A stretch of 63,986 bases of DNA, counting the filler, from Reticulomyxa filosa (Eukaryota; Protista; Foraminifera), in the NCBI GenBank assembly GCA_000512085.1. It is 17 parts of 17 records of this genome, joined end to end, with 100 filler letters (N's around TTAATTAATTAA, not from the genome) between each part and the next. Parts side by side here need not be neighbours in the genome. Positions count along the whole stretch, not along the records: positions 1 to 1,992 come from ASPP01024009.1; positions 2,093 to 5,900 come from ASPP01017856.1; positions 6,001 to 7,260 come from ASPP01012984.1; positions 7,361 to 9,764 come from ASPP01015374.1; positions 9,865 to 12,162 come from ASPP01017997.1; positions 12,263 to 13,603 come from ASPP01026388.1; 11 more parts are not named here. One strand, given 5' to 3'. Position numbers and translations under genes: made by a program. This document shows positions 1 to 12,604 of the stretch, in pieces (positions within the stretch are counted from its first letter, which is position 1; each line of letters begins with the position of its first letter). The notes under the pieces were generated by a model. The model did not search any database and had not been told where the DNA came from. It saw only the letters and a program-made list of their open reading frames with translations.

Positions 1-49
1 TTTTCCCAAAAAAAAAAAAAAAAAAATTTTTTTTTTTTTTTTTTACTAC

Positions 50-752
50 AAGATTTGGGGGCTTTTCCAGGCAATAAAAAGATTGGAGAGGCATTGGCAA
101 CGGGGTTGTTAGTGGCGTCAGTGATCTGCGAAAGGACGAGCAACTGCTGTAATAATCGACGAGCATGTCCCCTAGGGATGTTCATAGCAATGAGATCAGT
201 AAAGGTCATCCGCTTCAAGTCGTCCATAGTTTGGAATCCCTCTTTTGTCAACGTGTCAAAATATTTGTCCAAATGATTCGATTGCAAAAAACGCAGCATT
301 TCATGCTCTTTCTTTTCGTCATCGTTGTCCTTTTTATCTGCATTTGCATCTGTCTCGTTGTTACTGTTGTCATTGTCATCGTCGTCGTTGTCGTCATTAT
401 CACGCTCTTTCGACTCGGGTATAACGATACTGTTCTTTTGGGTCTTTGCTTTGTTTAGCTCTTCTTCGAATTTACGCTTCAACTCTTTGTGCTCGCTTAC
501 ATACTTTGTGTAGCTTTCTATGGCTTGTCGCAGATTATAGTTAGGCTTCGTCTCTTTCGTATGCAACTCCAGTCCTGTTAACGGGCTCGTGTTATGCTCG
601 CTCAACCAGTCTTTCAGTGCGCTCTCTTCGTACGTTGTTCCGTCTGCTACAAGAATCGTTGGCTGTACCATCAATTCTTTCGTTATTGGGCACAGAAATT
701 CTTCGGGATTCATCAATAATGAATCACCCAGGCTTTCCTCTTGCCAGCTCAT
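50..752 (-). CDS. U-box E3 ligase domain + SAM domain protein (3' partial)
   Basis: Manual minus-strand translation from ATG at 752 gives MSWQEESLGDSLLMNPEEFLCPITKELMVQPTILVADGTTYEESALKDWLSEHNTSPLTG (U-box consensus), an acidic linker, then FLQSNHLDKYFDTLTKEGFQTMDDLKRMTFTDLIAMNIPRGHARRLL (SAM). It is missing from the ORF track because it has no stop before the window edge. Confidence 0.85.
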
Positions 753-1315
753 TGTTGGAATATGTAAATACTAAAAAAAAAAGGGAACAAAGATATTTTT
801 AAAAACTCACTGACAACTGAACCCTCGCACTATTATACAGTAAGGCAAAGACTGTATGTAATTTTTTGCTAACAGAGTCTATCTCTAAATACGTAACTTT
901 CTTTCTTTGATGAAACTATGTATTACTTGATATACAAAAAAAGTATAACTTTTTCTGTTCGTCATAGCGTTCTCTGCAAGACAAATGACTCCAAAAAAAT
1001 TATTGCACTTTTACCACTTCTAGTTAGTTAAAAAAATTTATATTTTTTTCAAAACTTTTTGCTATACATCGTCGGTAAAAACTATTTCCCCTTTGTTTAT
1101 CTCTAATGACAAGTAATTTTTTTTGAGGCTGTAGAAAAATAAATAATTTTTAAACTGATATTGTCACAGATACAAAAAGTATATAACTGATTTGTCGTTG
1201 ATTTTGGTGAAAACTGCTTATTTTAATTCGATAAGTGGCTTTCAAAACATGTGTTCACGTAAACTTTGAGCCCAATTTTTTTTTTGATAATTATTTTTCT
1301 TCAAATCACGATAAA

Positions 1316-1992
1316 ATGTCTCTTCCATCAGGAGATTACAGATTTTCATGCAAAGTGACTGTTTTTTTGTATTACTTAGTGTATTCAAACGTGTTATTTT
1401 TGTTGTTGTAGGTTTAAGTGTTAAACTGGGTCAAATATTTGTGTTCTCGTTTTTGCAATTGAAAGACTATTGACAAATGAAAAAATAAAAAACAAAAATA
1501 AAGGGCACTGGAATGTATTTGACAATACTCAATGGGAGTTATTCAGATGGCAAACCGCTTGTGCAAAGTAAACTGACGAACCCAAGCGATCAAGAGAGTA
1601 TATTTACAATTGAACCACAAGAGGACAGAAACGTGCGTATTAAGGTGAAACACAGCGGTAAGTATTGGACAGTCGCGGACGGTAAGGAAGACAGCGGTGC
1701 ATTTATATTGCAAATGCCATTCAAGAGTTCAGGAAGAGAGCAGCTCTTTTCTTTCGAGCAGCAAACGGGGGCAACCTATCGAATCAAGTGCGTGCATAGC
1801 GGCAAATATTTGGAAATTGCTAAGTAATATATCTTCGAAAGTTTGTTTTTTCCTAATTTGTTAATGTACACACACACACACATACATACATATATGTACA
1901 TATATATGTGTATATATCACATGTGTTTAATATGTAACATCTTCTGTACGTATAGTGAAATGGCAAAACAAATAAACTAATTTTTTATTTTT
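1316..1992 (+). CDS. Ricin-B (beta-trefoil) lectin domain protein, spliced, probably 3' partial
   Basis: Short exon MSLPSGDYRFSCK, then the ORF 1513-1827 with repeated IKVKHSGKYWTV / IKCVHSGKYLEI and QLFSFE motifs typical of RICIN-type repeats. Confidence 0.75.
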
Positions 1993-2092
1993 NNNNNNNN
2001 NNNNNNNNNNNNNNNNNNNNNNNNNNNNNNNNNNNNTTAATTAATTAANNNNNNNNNNNNNNNNNNNNNNNNNNNNNNNNNNNNNNNNNNNN
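1993..2092. other. Artificial contig linker (44N-TTAATTAATTAA-44N). The same linker recurs at 5901, 7261, 9765, 12163, 13604, 38927, 40250, 46136, 49914, 51108, 54285, 55385, 59677, 61682 and 62842.
   Basis: Identical 100-nt N-flanked six-frame-stop spacer repeated 16 times. Confidence 0.98.
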
Positions 2093-3304
2093 TTATAATA
2101 GGGACTTTCTCTACAGTATTAAATATCAACAATAACAAGAATTCCACAAGTACAAATATCACAACAGACAAACAAGTGACGTCAGAATCAATTAATCCTC
2201 AGCTCAGTAAAATTGTTTGTATAACTTTTCAAGTGCAATAAATATATAATATTTTGCTGCTCTTCCACTCTTCAGATGAAGGCCAAAAATCTTCTACTAT
2301 GATGAAATGTACTTTTAGAGTTGATTCAAAACAAGTAGATGAAATAAACATTTTGAACAAAGAACCACTGTAACGTTGTTGCGTTTGCTTTCACTACAAA
2401 AATTTTTCAAAATGAAACATTAATTTGATTATTTTTATTTATTTAATGTCGGTTTTGCAATATTGTGCAATTGAGAAATTCTTATACTTTTCAAAATTTT
2501 ATTAATTCCTCTTTTTGAGATAATGATTATGTAATCATGCAAGATGATGAATATAAATGGATCATACAAATAAAATCATCTGTAGAAAAAAGGATATTTA
2601 TTATCCTTTCAAACAAAAGAAGTGAGTTGTTTACTTTGTCTAATATACAAAAAATTTACTGATATCTGGATACTTTTATTTCAAATAATGTTTTCGCAAA
2701 GATAAAAAAAAATCCTTTATGACGTATATTCTTTGCATTGTCAGCGTTTTTCTGCAAAAACGATATTATGTTTTAAATTTCCGTTATTTTGTTATTAGAG
2801 GTAAACTTCAAAAGTCTTCGACTTTTTGTAATGCGCATATCCTTCTGAGAGATTCAAAAGATGTTTTCATTTAAAATCCAAAAATGAACAAGTCCACTTC
2901 TCGGATAATTCCGCAGACAATAGAAAATGTATTGTGTCTTGCAATCAAATGTTATCAAAGGATAAATAGAAAAAGAACAATTGCTTTCCAATGAAAAGTT
3001 TAAGCATTGGAAACATAGCACTAAAACCGTTACAGATCACATTGCATTGCATACATCAATACAGTGATTTTAAAATAATATTAATGAGCTTTCGCTGGTC
3101 AAATACAATATTCTACTTGCTTGGACAATGATCGATATGTGACTCTTACAAAGTATTCAATCACACAATAATGATAATTAGACCATTCATTTTTTTATAT
3201 ATTGTCAAGTTTGAACTAAAATCTTACAAATTCCATTATCATTACGCAATTTCTTTAAAACTTTTAGTAAAAATTTTTATTATGATAATGATAATACGTT
3301 CGTA

Positions 3305-3623
3305 AAAAAAGTGTCATTTGTGTACTTATTTTCGAATGTATGAAGTCATATTAAATATTTAATAGCAAATTGAAGATTAATCTTAATTGATTTACCAATT
3401 ACAGCTAAATTTAATTTATGTTGCAAATTATAACATTATTTAATGCAAATATCTTTTCAAATTACAAATGAATATAAAATCCATCAAAATAAACTTAAAA
3501 TTATTTTATTTCATTTCTTCGATGAAATTGTTCGTATGTAAATATAATATTATCAACTCATAATCTATTTATTTAAATATATAAGAATATATTCAGAAAT
3601 AAGCACGTTCAATGCACATTTTT
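3305..3623. repeat. Putative degenerate MITE-like element bounded by inverted AAATAAG(C/T)AC...CA(C)TTTTT motifs
   Basis: The motif lies on the - strand at ~3305-3340 and on the + strand at ~3592-3623. The same inverted arrangement occurs at ~43879-44173. Confidence 0.4.
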
Positions 3624-3727
3624 GAATAGTTGGATATTTTTTTTAATTCAATGAATTCTAAAGAATTATATACAATAATAATGTTTAAAAAAGATTTTGA
3701 AATTAGTTATATGAATGATTTCATTTG
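3570..3727 (+). repeat. Dispersed ~160 bp repeat, copy A (copy B at ~5115-5273)
   Basis: Shared blocks ttcagaaataagcac, aaagaattatat, ataatgtttaaaaa and atgatt(t)..atttg occur in the same order in both copies. Confidence 0.75.
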
Positions 3728-5114
3728 CCTTATTAGAATATCAAATCTTACAGTTTTGACAATGTCAAACCCTTTATTGGCAAATACGTATTCTTTTTCT
3801 TTTGTAATTGAATTGTGAATTGTTCAATAGATTTGGATAAATTCTATGCAAAGTATTGAACATAGTTCAAACATATCTACAGTAAAAGCGTGTGGTTATT
3901 TAAATTGTAAGTAATTTACACGCTATATCCTTGCATTAATTTGAGCAATCAATCGCTGCGAAGATTGCAAGGATACAACGTTCAAATACAGAAATCAATG
4001 TGTCTATTTTGAAATATGTTACATGCTTTGCAAATTGTACATTCTCTTTAGTATAACCATTGTGTCAATTTGTTAAACATAATAATTTGCAATAAGGTAT
4101 TTTCTTCTTTCTGCCAAGTGTTTTTGTTTTATACAATCATACAAAGTTAAATCATCAAAAGTGATTCCAAATGTATCTAGAATCTTTTTTTATTCAAATT
4201 TCCAACGAAAGAAAGTTCAAAAAAATGATTTTTTTCTTTTTAAAAAAGTTTCAATTTTCCGTGTTATCATTTTCTTCGCTGTCACGTCATTGCTTTAGAA
4301 AGGAAAGATTCTTGAAGATTTTTTTAAATCTTGCTGACAAAATGATGGAAAAAGATACAAAGAATGACAATGCAAAAGAGTATACGTCATAAAGGATTTT
4401 TTTCTATCTTTGCAAAACTTTATTTGTTATTTAATGATATCGTTTCCATTTTTTGAAAAAAGTATTCAAATATCTTGTACAATGGACAAAGCTTCTTTTG
4501 ACTTGAAAGAATAACAAATACACGTTTTTCTGCAGATGATTTTCTTTGCATGATATTTGACAACTGATTGAAGTGGTGCAATAACTAAATTGTTACATGG
4601 TGTCATCGATATCTATTTGCGATGCATTTCAGAGAGAAATTGATAATACTGTTATTTTTCTTTAAAAATGTGGTTATAATTATTTTTTTGTTAAAGTGGA
4701 AATGTAGCAAATAAATCTTGATAAATGTGAGAATTTCTCAAAAAATGTTTTGTTATTTTTATTTGTCAAAGCAATCACTTTTTTCAAATAGAGACTTGTT
4801 TTTCATCAATTCTCTTAACAAACAGAGATAAGGCGTTTAGCTTTTCAAAAAAAATTTGATCAAAAAGTAACTTCTTTCATTATGGGAGAGGCCTTCTGGC
4901 AGTCTGTGGATGTTGCCTTTCACATCAAGAGTTCATTTATGGTAATGAATTCTGATGTTACTTGTACCTTTCATCATTTGTAAGCACAACCCAGCAAAAT
5001 AAGTACATGAACAACACTTTTTAAAAATTATTTAAATAAATTTTTTTTGTTTTGAACAGAATTGTCTTTTGCAACAAAAGTTTGATTATTATTACGAAAT
5101 TTGAACATTATATT

Positions 5115-5273
5115 TATTATTTTAAATAAATAATCATATGTTCAGAAATAAGCACATTCAAGACATATTTTTAAATAGTTGAATATGTTTTTTAAGTCAA
5201 CTAATTCCAAAAGAATTATATGCAAAGATAATGTTTAAAAAGATTTGAAGTTGTTATAAAATGATTTTATTTG
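5115..5273 (+). repeat. Dispersed ~160 bp repeat, copy B
   Basis: Colinear similarity to 3570-3727. Confidence 0.75.
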
Positions 5274-5529
5274 AAATATCAATAAAGTGTTCTAAAAAGG
5301 GTAGTTACATTTTTTTATTTTTTTATCTTTCATGTTCTTACTTAAGTTAAAGGAGTAAAACGCTGCCTTTGCACCAACTTAGATAAGTTAAAAGATAAGG
5401 TAATTTTTAGAACAAATTGAAAGAATAGTCCAAGCTGCTTTAAAAAAAAAAGACATGCAGAAGTGAAAGAGCACTAACATTACTTTTGATATCATTTACA
5501 AGAGTAAACTGTTTCAATACACTACTAAT

Positions 5530-5900
5530 CTATTTATCAAAACATTGAAAACTTTTTCTATTTGTCTCTCAGTTAAGTTTATTCAATCGTTTCAATGACT
5601 CCATAATCCACTGGTATATTTATCTTCGTCTTTTAGTCCGTTCACCAGAATATTAAATAGCTTTTTCAGTTATTTCTTATTCAGTTTTGTTGAAATTGTT
5701 CCAAGGAATTCTGCACATAGTACACATAAACATAACTATTGTCATCTTTTAATCCACTCAGCAAAGCATCAAACGCTCTCTTCAGTCGTTTCGTATTCAC
5801 TTTTGTTGCAATTATTCCAAGTGATTTTGCACATAATCCACGATAATGATTATTTGTATCGTTCAATTTTGTTAAAATTATTTTGAGTGATTTTTTAACA
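5530..5900 (-). pseudogene. Degenerate HEAT/PBS-lyase-like repeat gene fragment
   Basis: RGLCAKSLGIIATKVNTKRLKRAFDALLSGLKDDNSYV-type repeats interrupted by frameshifts and stops; same family as 62942-63986. Confidence 0.65.
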
Positions 5901-6000
5901 NNNNNNNNNNNNNNNNNNNNNNNNNNNNNNNNNNNNNNNNNNNNTTAATTAATTAANNNNNNNNNNNNNNNNNNNNNNNNNNNNNNNNNNNNNNNNNNNN

Positions 6001-7260
6001 AAATGCAAATGCAAGTGGTAATACAAATTTGCAATTGCGCAGTGATGATGATGATGATGATGATATGAATGGATTGGAGGATAAGGAAATGCACTCGAAC
6101 GGAAGGATGGATCCACCAATGGCAATTGCATGGAGTGTTGGGGCAGCAAGCCAGCCATTGAAAGCAATTGGGTCCAAAAAAAATATTCCCAAGCTGTTTG
6201 CAATAGAAGATGAAAAGAAGGAAGAATTACAACACGTGAAATCTGAACAGAAAGAATTGCCCATGGCCGAGACCATTCAGAAGCAAATGTCAATATCAAT
6301 GTCAATGATGTCGATGCCAATACCATTGAAATATAGACATGGTGAAAATGACAAATTACATTCCAAAATGAAAGAATTGGAAAATGGAAGCAATGAAACG
6401 GAAAATGGACATTTTAATCGCACAAAACATTTGTCGTATCAACAACTGCCAGCTGTGTCCGAAAGTGATCACGGATTGAGATACACCCCAAAGCAGTCTG
6501 CTCCCGGTCAACATGACACACTTGTGGCGAATCGTGTTTCCTTCCATCGTACCAACATTGGAGACATTGGACACTCCTCCGGATTTGGAGGATGGACTGC
6601 CGAACCAGCCTTGCAGACTGCCAATAGCACGGCAGGCAATAATGGCCGTGCGACCATCGAAAGGAAGAAAAAGACCATTTTCGAACAATTGAATGCTTTT
6701 GAGTTGGAATTGCAGCAAGACTGGAAGAGGCTGGCCAAAGAGTATCAAGTCTTGGTCAATAAGCAACATCAATGCGAGTACGTGTTTTCCTTTGTCTTTG
6801 TTCAATTTAATAATAATAATAATAATAACAAAAATAATGATAAATGAATAAATATTTATGTTATTATTTTTTTTTTTTGTATTATTTATAAAATGAAAAT
6901 TGAATCAAAATAAGACTTATTATAGTTTTCTGAAAAAGCGACATTCCTTGTTTCTCTCTTCTCTTCTTTAAAAAAAAAAAAAAAAAACCAAAACATATAC
7001 AGATACATATTTATATAAATATACATATGTATATATATATAAAAGAAAAGAAAATAAGGAGAAACGGACGGAAATGGAACAGCGAATATCACTAGAGGAA
7101 GAGTTGAAAATGATCCAAGCCAGACAGTTTTTTGGGGAAGAATACGTGAGAAAATACAAAAAAAAAATTGGCGATGTGGTGGCATTTCGTGACCGAATAA
7201 TGGCACAAAGAGACCTCCAATTCAAAAAGCATGTGATCGTGGTTTTTCACACTGAAAATT
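6001..7260 (+). CDS. Hypothetical protein fragment (low complexity + coiled coil), spliced, partial at both ends
   Basis: 272-aa ORF with coding-like composition, then an AT-rich intron and a second exon at ~7059-7260. Confidence 0.55.
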
Positions 7261-7360
7261 NNNNNNNNNNNNNNNNNNNNNNNNNNNNNNNNNNNNNNNN
7301 NNNNTTAATTAATTAANNNNNNNNNNNNNNNNNNNNNNNNNNNNNNNNNNNNNNNNNNNN

Positions 7361-8766
7361 TTTTTTGTATTCCTTTATCGTCAATCCATTCACAAATAAT
7401 ATCATTAATTTTAGTCAATGTTTGATCACTTGCTTGTTTTAAATCTTCTTCTTCTTCTGCTTGTTGTTGTCGTGATAAAGTATTTGGTTTCCATGCTCGA
7501 ACTAATTCATAAAACAAATGACTTAATTTTGGATTTTCAATGATAGTATATCCTTCCAATGTTGTATAATTCTTCAATGTTGCTTGCATCTCCACATATA
7601 CATCATGTTTTGGAACATATAATTTAATATTATGAAATCGGTGATGTGTTTTTGATTGTCTTTCAAAGAAGTCTTTATCTTCAGATACAACCAGATTGAA
7701 TTGCTCAGCTTGCTTCATCACTGCCACTGCAGTCTGTAATTTGGTTGCATTATCACACAAAATTGTGAATCTTCCAACATCAAATACTTGATTAAAATCG
7801 CCATTATAATCGCATTTTATCTTTTCCAATAGTCTAATCTTATCCTTTACTTTAGATGGCTTCACCACCGTTATCAAATACTTTTGCAATTCAGTCACCA
7901 AATTTATTATCTCATTGCTCACCATTGCATGTTCACTTCGATTTATCAAATCTTCCAAACTTGTCGCATGTTGTCTGATCTTCTTGGCTGTCAATGAATA
8001 CGATAATCCCGTTTTGATGGCATAAATGCATTGGTAGTGATTGTCCTTCACAGGCGTAGAATTGTCACTTGCACAAATCGAATGTTCGGAATTGAAAATC
8101 ATTGCTTTCATAATTAGTGCTATAGTCGATTGTCTACAATCCGGACAACAATATGACGTTTTATCAGATGTAAATGCAATATCTCCAAATCCAATATTCA
8201 CCCATACTGGAAGCTTTGCTTTTGCCACCAAACAATTTGGATTTACACAATAACCCTGCAAATTAATACCTGGCTCCGTTTCTCCAACCTCCACCTTTTC
8301 CTCTTCTTTTCTTAATTTTTCTGCTTTCTGTCCTGATTTGCTATCAGTTTCTAATTCTTCATTTTCTTTTGCCTTTTTTTTTTTTGACAAAACAAAACAA
8401 ACAATGACAATTGATTTGAAACTAAATATAAGTTATTGCTATAACCTGTATTGCTCTATTTTCTAAGTGTTGCATCTGATCTTTAATATCTTCGTCTTGA
8501 ATTCTCATCTATGTTTGGATTTTTATTTTGTTGGAAAAGGAAATTGTCTATGCACTAATCTCTCTTTTGTGTTGTGCAACAAAATACCAAACGTGTTCGT
8601 TTTGGGCCATCAATTTCGAAACGATCTGCTCAATCACCATTGATACATTGCCATTACTTTCTTCGAGTTGTTTCTTCAACTCTTCCTCGTCCATTACATC
8701 ACCACATAATCTCATCAATGCTTTCATTTCTATTGTGTGTTTTCCTTCTTCAAATCGATTCTGCAT
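7361..8766 (-). CDS. CUE/UBA-like + Cys-rich Zn-binding + RelA/SpoT-like nucleotidyltransferase domain protein (3' partial)
   Basis: Exon 8548-8766 has MKALMRLCGDVMDEEELKKQLEESNGNVSMVIEQI (CUE-like). The main ORF has PGINLQGYCVNPNC...CPDC, then VKDKIRLLEK / FDVGRFTI / KDFF / HHRFHNI / VEMQAT / SHLFYELVR, matching the order of RSH synthetase motifs. Confidence 0.7.
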
Positions 8767-9248
8767 TCCTCCGAACAGCCCTGTATCGGGATATATTGAC
8801 GTTGATGTTTTTCAACACAAAATTTTTTTGAAATAAAAGAGGTTCCCCCTAACCAGTAGGGGCCCTACCCTTACAAGTGTACAAACCACATCAACAGCTA
8901 TTCCAAAGAGGGATTTAAAAAGTTAAACGTTAATTTTTTAATTGTTGTCACATTAAGTTTTGGTCATTTTTTTTTTTCCAAAGCAAATCACTCTTGAGTG
9001 GAAACAAGGAAGAGGATATGTAGAAAAGGGGGGATCCGAGTTTAGACGTATTAGTTTCAGGAGTCCCAAAGCATATGGTTGAAGAAAAAAATCTTGCTCA
9101 AAATACTCTGGGAGAAAAAAAATTACAAAAACATCAACAAAAGGAAATACATGACCAGAAAAAATTACAAACAGCAAACCATGTTTTTTTTCTCCCTTTT
9201 GTTTTTTTACACAATATAAATGCCTTTTTTTTTTTTCGCATTCTCAAA

Positions 9249-9725
9249 TTAGATTTTGTTAATCCCTTTGGAAGTGGTTAACAATGAAACGATGTCCTCA
9301 TAGTTTTTAGCCTTTGGGGACGCTGCCTTTGCAGCTTCTGCCTGTTCCACAAAGTAATTACTGCCAATTTGTTCATTGTGTGTGTTGATCATTTGGATTA
9401 TTGCTTCTTTCTGTTGCCATTTTTTTTTTTTAACTATATTTAATACACTCGTAAGGTATATTATAAAAATATAATACATATGTATACATACATATATATA
9501 CATACATATATGTATATATATGTATGGCCTATGTAACGAGTAAACAAAGAACAACAGAGACCTGCAAAAGTAACTCCACCACGTCTTTATGTCCCTCGTT
9601 AATGGCCACAGTCAGACAATACGTTTCATCGTCGGACGAGTGATCGCATGGATTTGCGCCTGCGTCCAACAACGCTTTTACAATTACTTTGTGGCCAGTT
9701 GTACACGCACGTCCAAGCCATTGTG
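9249..9725 (-). CDS. Ankyrin-repeat protein, C-terminal part (5' partial)
   Basis: Manual translation LGRACTTGHKVIVKALLDAGANP...LTVAINEGHKDVVELLLQ, an intron, then a last exon ending ...YEDIVSLLTTSKGINKI*. Confidence 0.8.
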
Positions 9726-9764
<39 letters not shown>

Positions 9765-9869
9765 NNNNNNNNNNNNNNNNNNNNNNNNNNNNNNNNNNNN
9801 NNNNNNNNTTAATTAATTAANNNNNNNNNNNNNNNNNNNNNNNNNNNNNNNNNNNNNNNNNNNNAATCG

Positions 9870-10882
9870 ATTTTCTTCATGAAAAATAACCACAAATCTT
9901 ATAGTTTTAAAATATGGAATTGGTTTTATAATCACTTTTTTCTAGATTGATCAAAAAAGTTTTTTCAAAATTTCACAGAAATGCATATAAACCAAACCTT
10001 TAAATCTTTTTATTTCTTTTTTAGGAATCTTCAAGTCACATAGATACACTTTTTTAAAAAAGAATTGGACTTGTACCTTTCGTATTTTTTGAAAAAAATT
10101 AAAATAAATTGAACTTTTTAAAAATTTACTTTTAACAATTAATTTTTTAATTTTTATTTTTGCTAAGATTTTATCATTTTTTTTAAACTAATTTATTAAT
10201 TTTTTAGCTTTATGGCATATTGCATTGTTTTATTGGAATCATCTACACAATAATTAACACTGTTTAACATGTTACTCCTTTATAAATTTCCGAATTTATT
10301 CTATTATCTATCTTGCATGCATTCACAACGCCTTTTGCAGCAAAACAGCTCAAATCATGATACTGCCTCTACCGGACTTTGATCTTTTAATCATACCTTT
10401 ATCTACTAAGTCTGTTTTGGCTTTTTCCAAACGTATTTAATTCTATCACTTTCGCACAAATTAATCTTTATTTCATCTAAAAAGATCACTTTCTTCAAAT
10501 TATCTACAGTTTAATTTATAACAATTTACAAATTCGAGTCTTGAATCGACATTGATGTCTTAGTGCAGTCAAACCATTTTTTTTAGCATTCTTGTTATAA
10601 TTTCATAATAAACTTAATTTTACCACAATCATTCAATTATTTCTTATACTTTTTGCAGTTTCACACTTTACAGGAACAATCCACTTTACAATTTTTACAC
10701 TGAGCTCCTGAGGGAATATTTTCTAATTTGACAGAGCCAGTATTTCTCAAAATAACAATTAAAAATGTCAGCGATACAAAAAAATTGAACAAACACACAA
10801 AAAAAAAGGATTAAAAAAAACACAAGATTTGTAGATACTTTTTAAAAAATTAGGTTTAAATGTTATTTTTCATGAAGAAAAT
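9870..10882. mobile_element. Putative non-autonomous TIR element (MITE-like, ~1 kb)
   Basis: Perfect 21-bp inverted repeat ATTTTCTTCATGAAAAATAAC at 9870-9890 and 10862-10882 around a non-coding AT-rich core. A related right end occurs at ~46291-46360. Confidence 0.6.
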
Positions 10883-11195
10883 TGCTTTTATTCATATAGG
10901 TACCATTTAGGTATGGCAGTTTTTTAGAAATTTACTACAGTATTAAAAACATTGTCCGCTTTTCAAAATAGTCTTAATCACGCCATTATGTTTAAAAAAT
11001 TGAAACAGCTTCGTTCAATGTTTTTTAAAGAATTTAAAAGCATGATAATAAAAATTATATCACAACAAAGTAAGATAGAACAAATCTTTCAATGCTTACA
11101 TTCAATCAAATCAACAAGTTTAATATCAACTTACTTTTCTTTTAATCAAACTTTTCAAACAAAAACATTTTCATTTCTTATCCGACAAAAGTAAA

Positions 11196-12162
11196 TTATC
11201 CCCAAATATGAATAGGACCTTTACTTGAGCCATAACACAAATTCAAGTCATATATAACATTCGTTGTATTATCTTTCTTTTTCAATCTAATAAATTTAAG
11301 ACAAGTTATTCCCTCATCTTTTTTATCATTTCTTTTGATCACATACAATTCATTCTTATTTGATCGAATATCCCAAAAACGAATTGTATCCCATGATCCA
11401 GAACATATCACATTTGAATTACCAATGCTCTTCTTTATCACAAATGGTGAATATTCAGCAGCATACACAGGATTTGTATGTCCATTGAACACTTGAATTT
11501 GTTGACCAGATCGAATATCCCACAAACGAACAGTTTTATCTTCTGATCCAGATAATATTGTATTTGATAATTCATTTGATCCATATTTTACACTCCACAC
11601 ATAATTGTCATGTCCTTTGAGTACATTTAATTGTTTGGCTGTTTCAATATCCCATATTCGAATGGTTTTATCAAATGATCCTGAACAAATTGTATATCCA
11701 TTTCCACCAATTACACCAATATTATTACTTTTATTTTCATTACTATTGTTGCTTTGCAATGGTGAAATATCAACACACCAAACACCACCTTCATGTCCAT
11801 TGAAAACGCGTAATGATTTTGATGTTTCAACATCCCATAAACGAATTTTGTAGTCATATGATCCAGAACACAAATATCTACCATCACTAAATGGTGAAAA
11901 TTCAATACCATTAGCACCATAAGCATATTCATTGAATATTTGTAATTGCTTATTATGTTTGAAATCCCAAAAACAAATGGTTTTGTCCAATGATGAAGAA
12001 CAAACGACATTTTGACGATTATTATAGTAATGATATAATGAAAATTTCACACATATCACATAATTTGAATGTCTATTGAATGATTGAATTTGTTTGTTGT
12101 TATCAACATCCCATACACGAACTGTGTTATCATGTGATCCAGAACAAATGAATTGGCAATCA
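11196..12162 (-). CDS. WD40-repeat protein of a lineage-expanded family (5' partial)
   Basis: Multiple GH...SGS.D.TIR.WD repeats in the ORF 11196-12059, continuing to the contig edge. Confidence 0.92.
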
Positions 12163-12604
12163 NNNNNNNNNNNNNNNNNNNNNNNNNNNNNNNNNNNNNN
12201 NNNNNNTTAATTAATTAANNNNNNNNNNNNNNNNNNNNNNNNNNNNNNNNNNNNNNNNNNNNAAAATTTTCCAATTCTTCTCACGCAAATTTCACTCTAG
12301 TTCCCGACAAATTTCAATTATTTTTTTAAAAATGATAAATAATTTGCATAATTAAATAAAATGTTTTATGTTGTTACATATCTTAATAGCTGAGTAAATC
12401 TTTAATTTTGTTAAATTTTCAAAAATGAAAAACATCAACAATTTCGTATGCATGCTATGTGTAAGTATCATTGTCAAAAAATTTTGAAAGAATACTAATT
12501 TTTTTTTGTGGTCCAATATTTAAACAGATTCCAAGGGAGCAGTTGAAAAAGGGAAAGAAAAAATAAAAATAAAAAATAATAATAAAAGAAAACAAGACAT
12601 TAAG

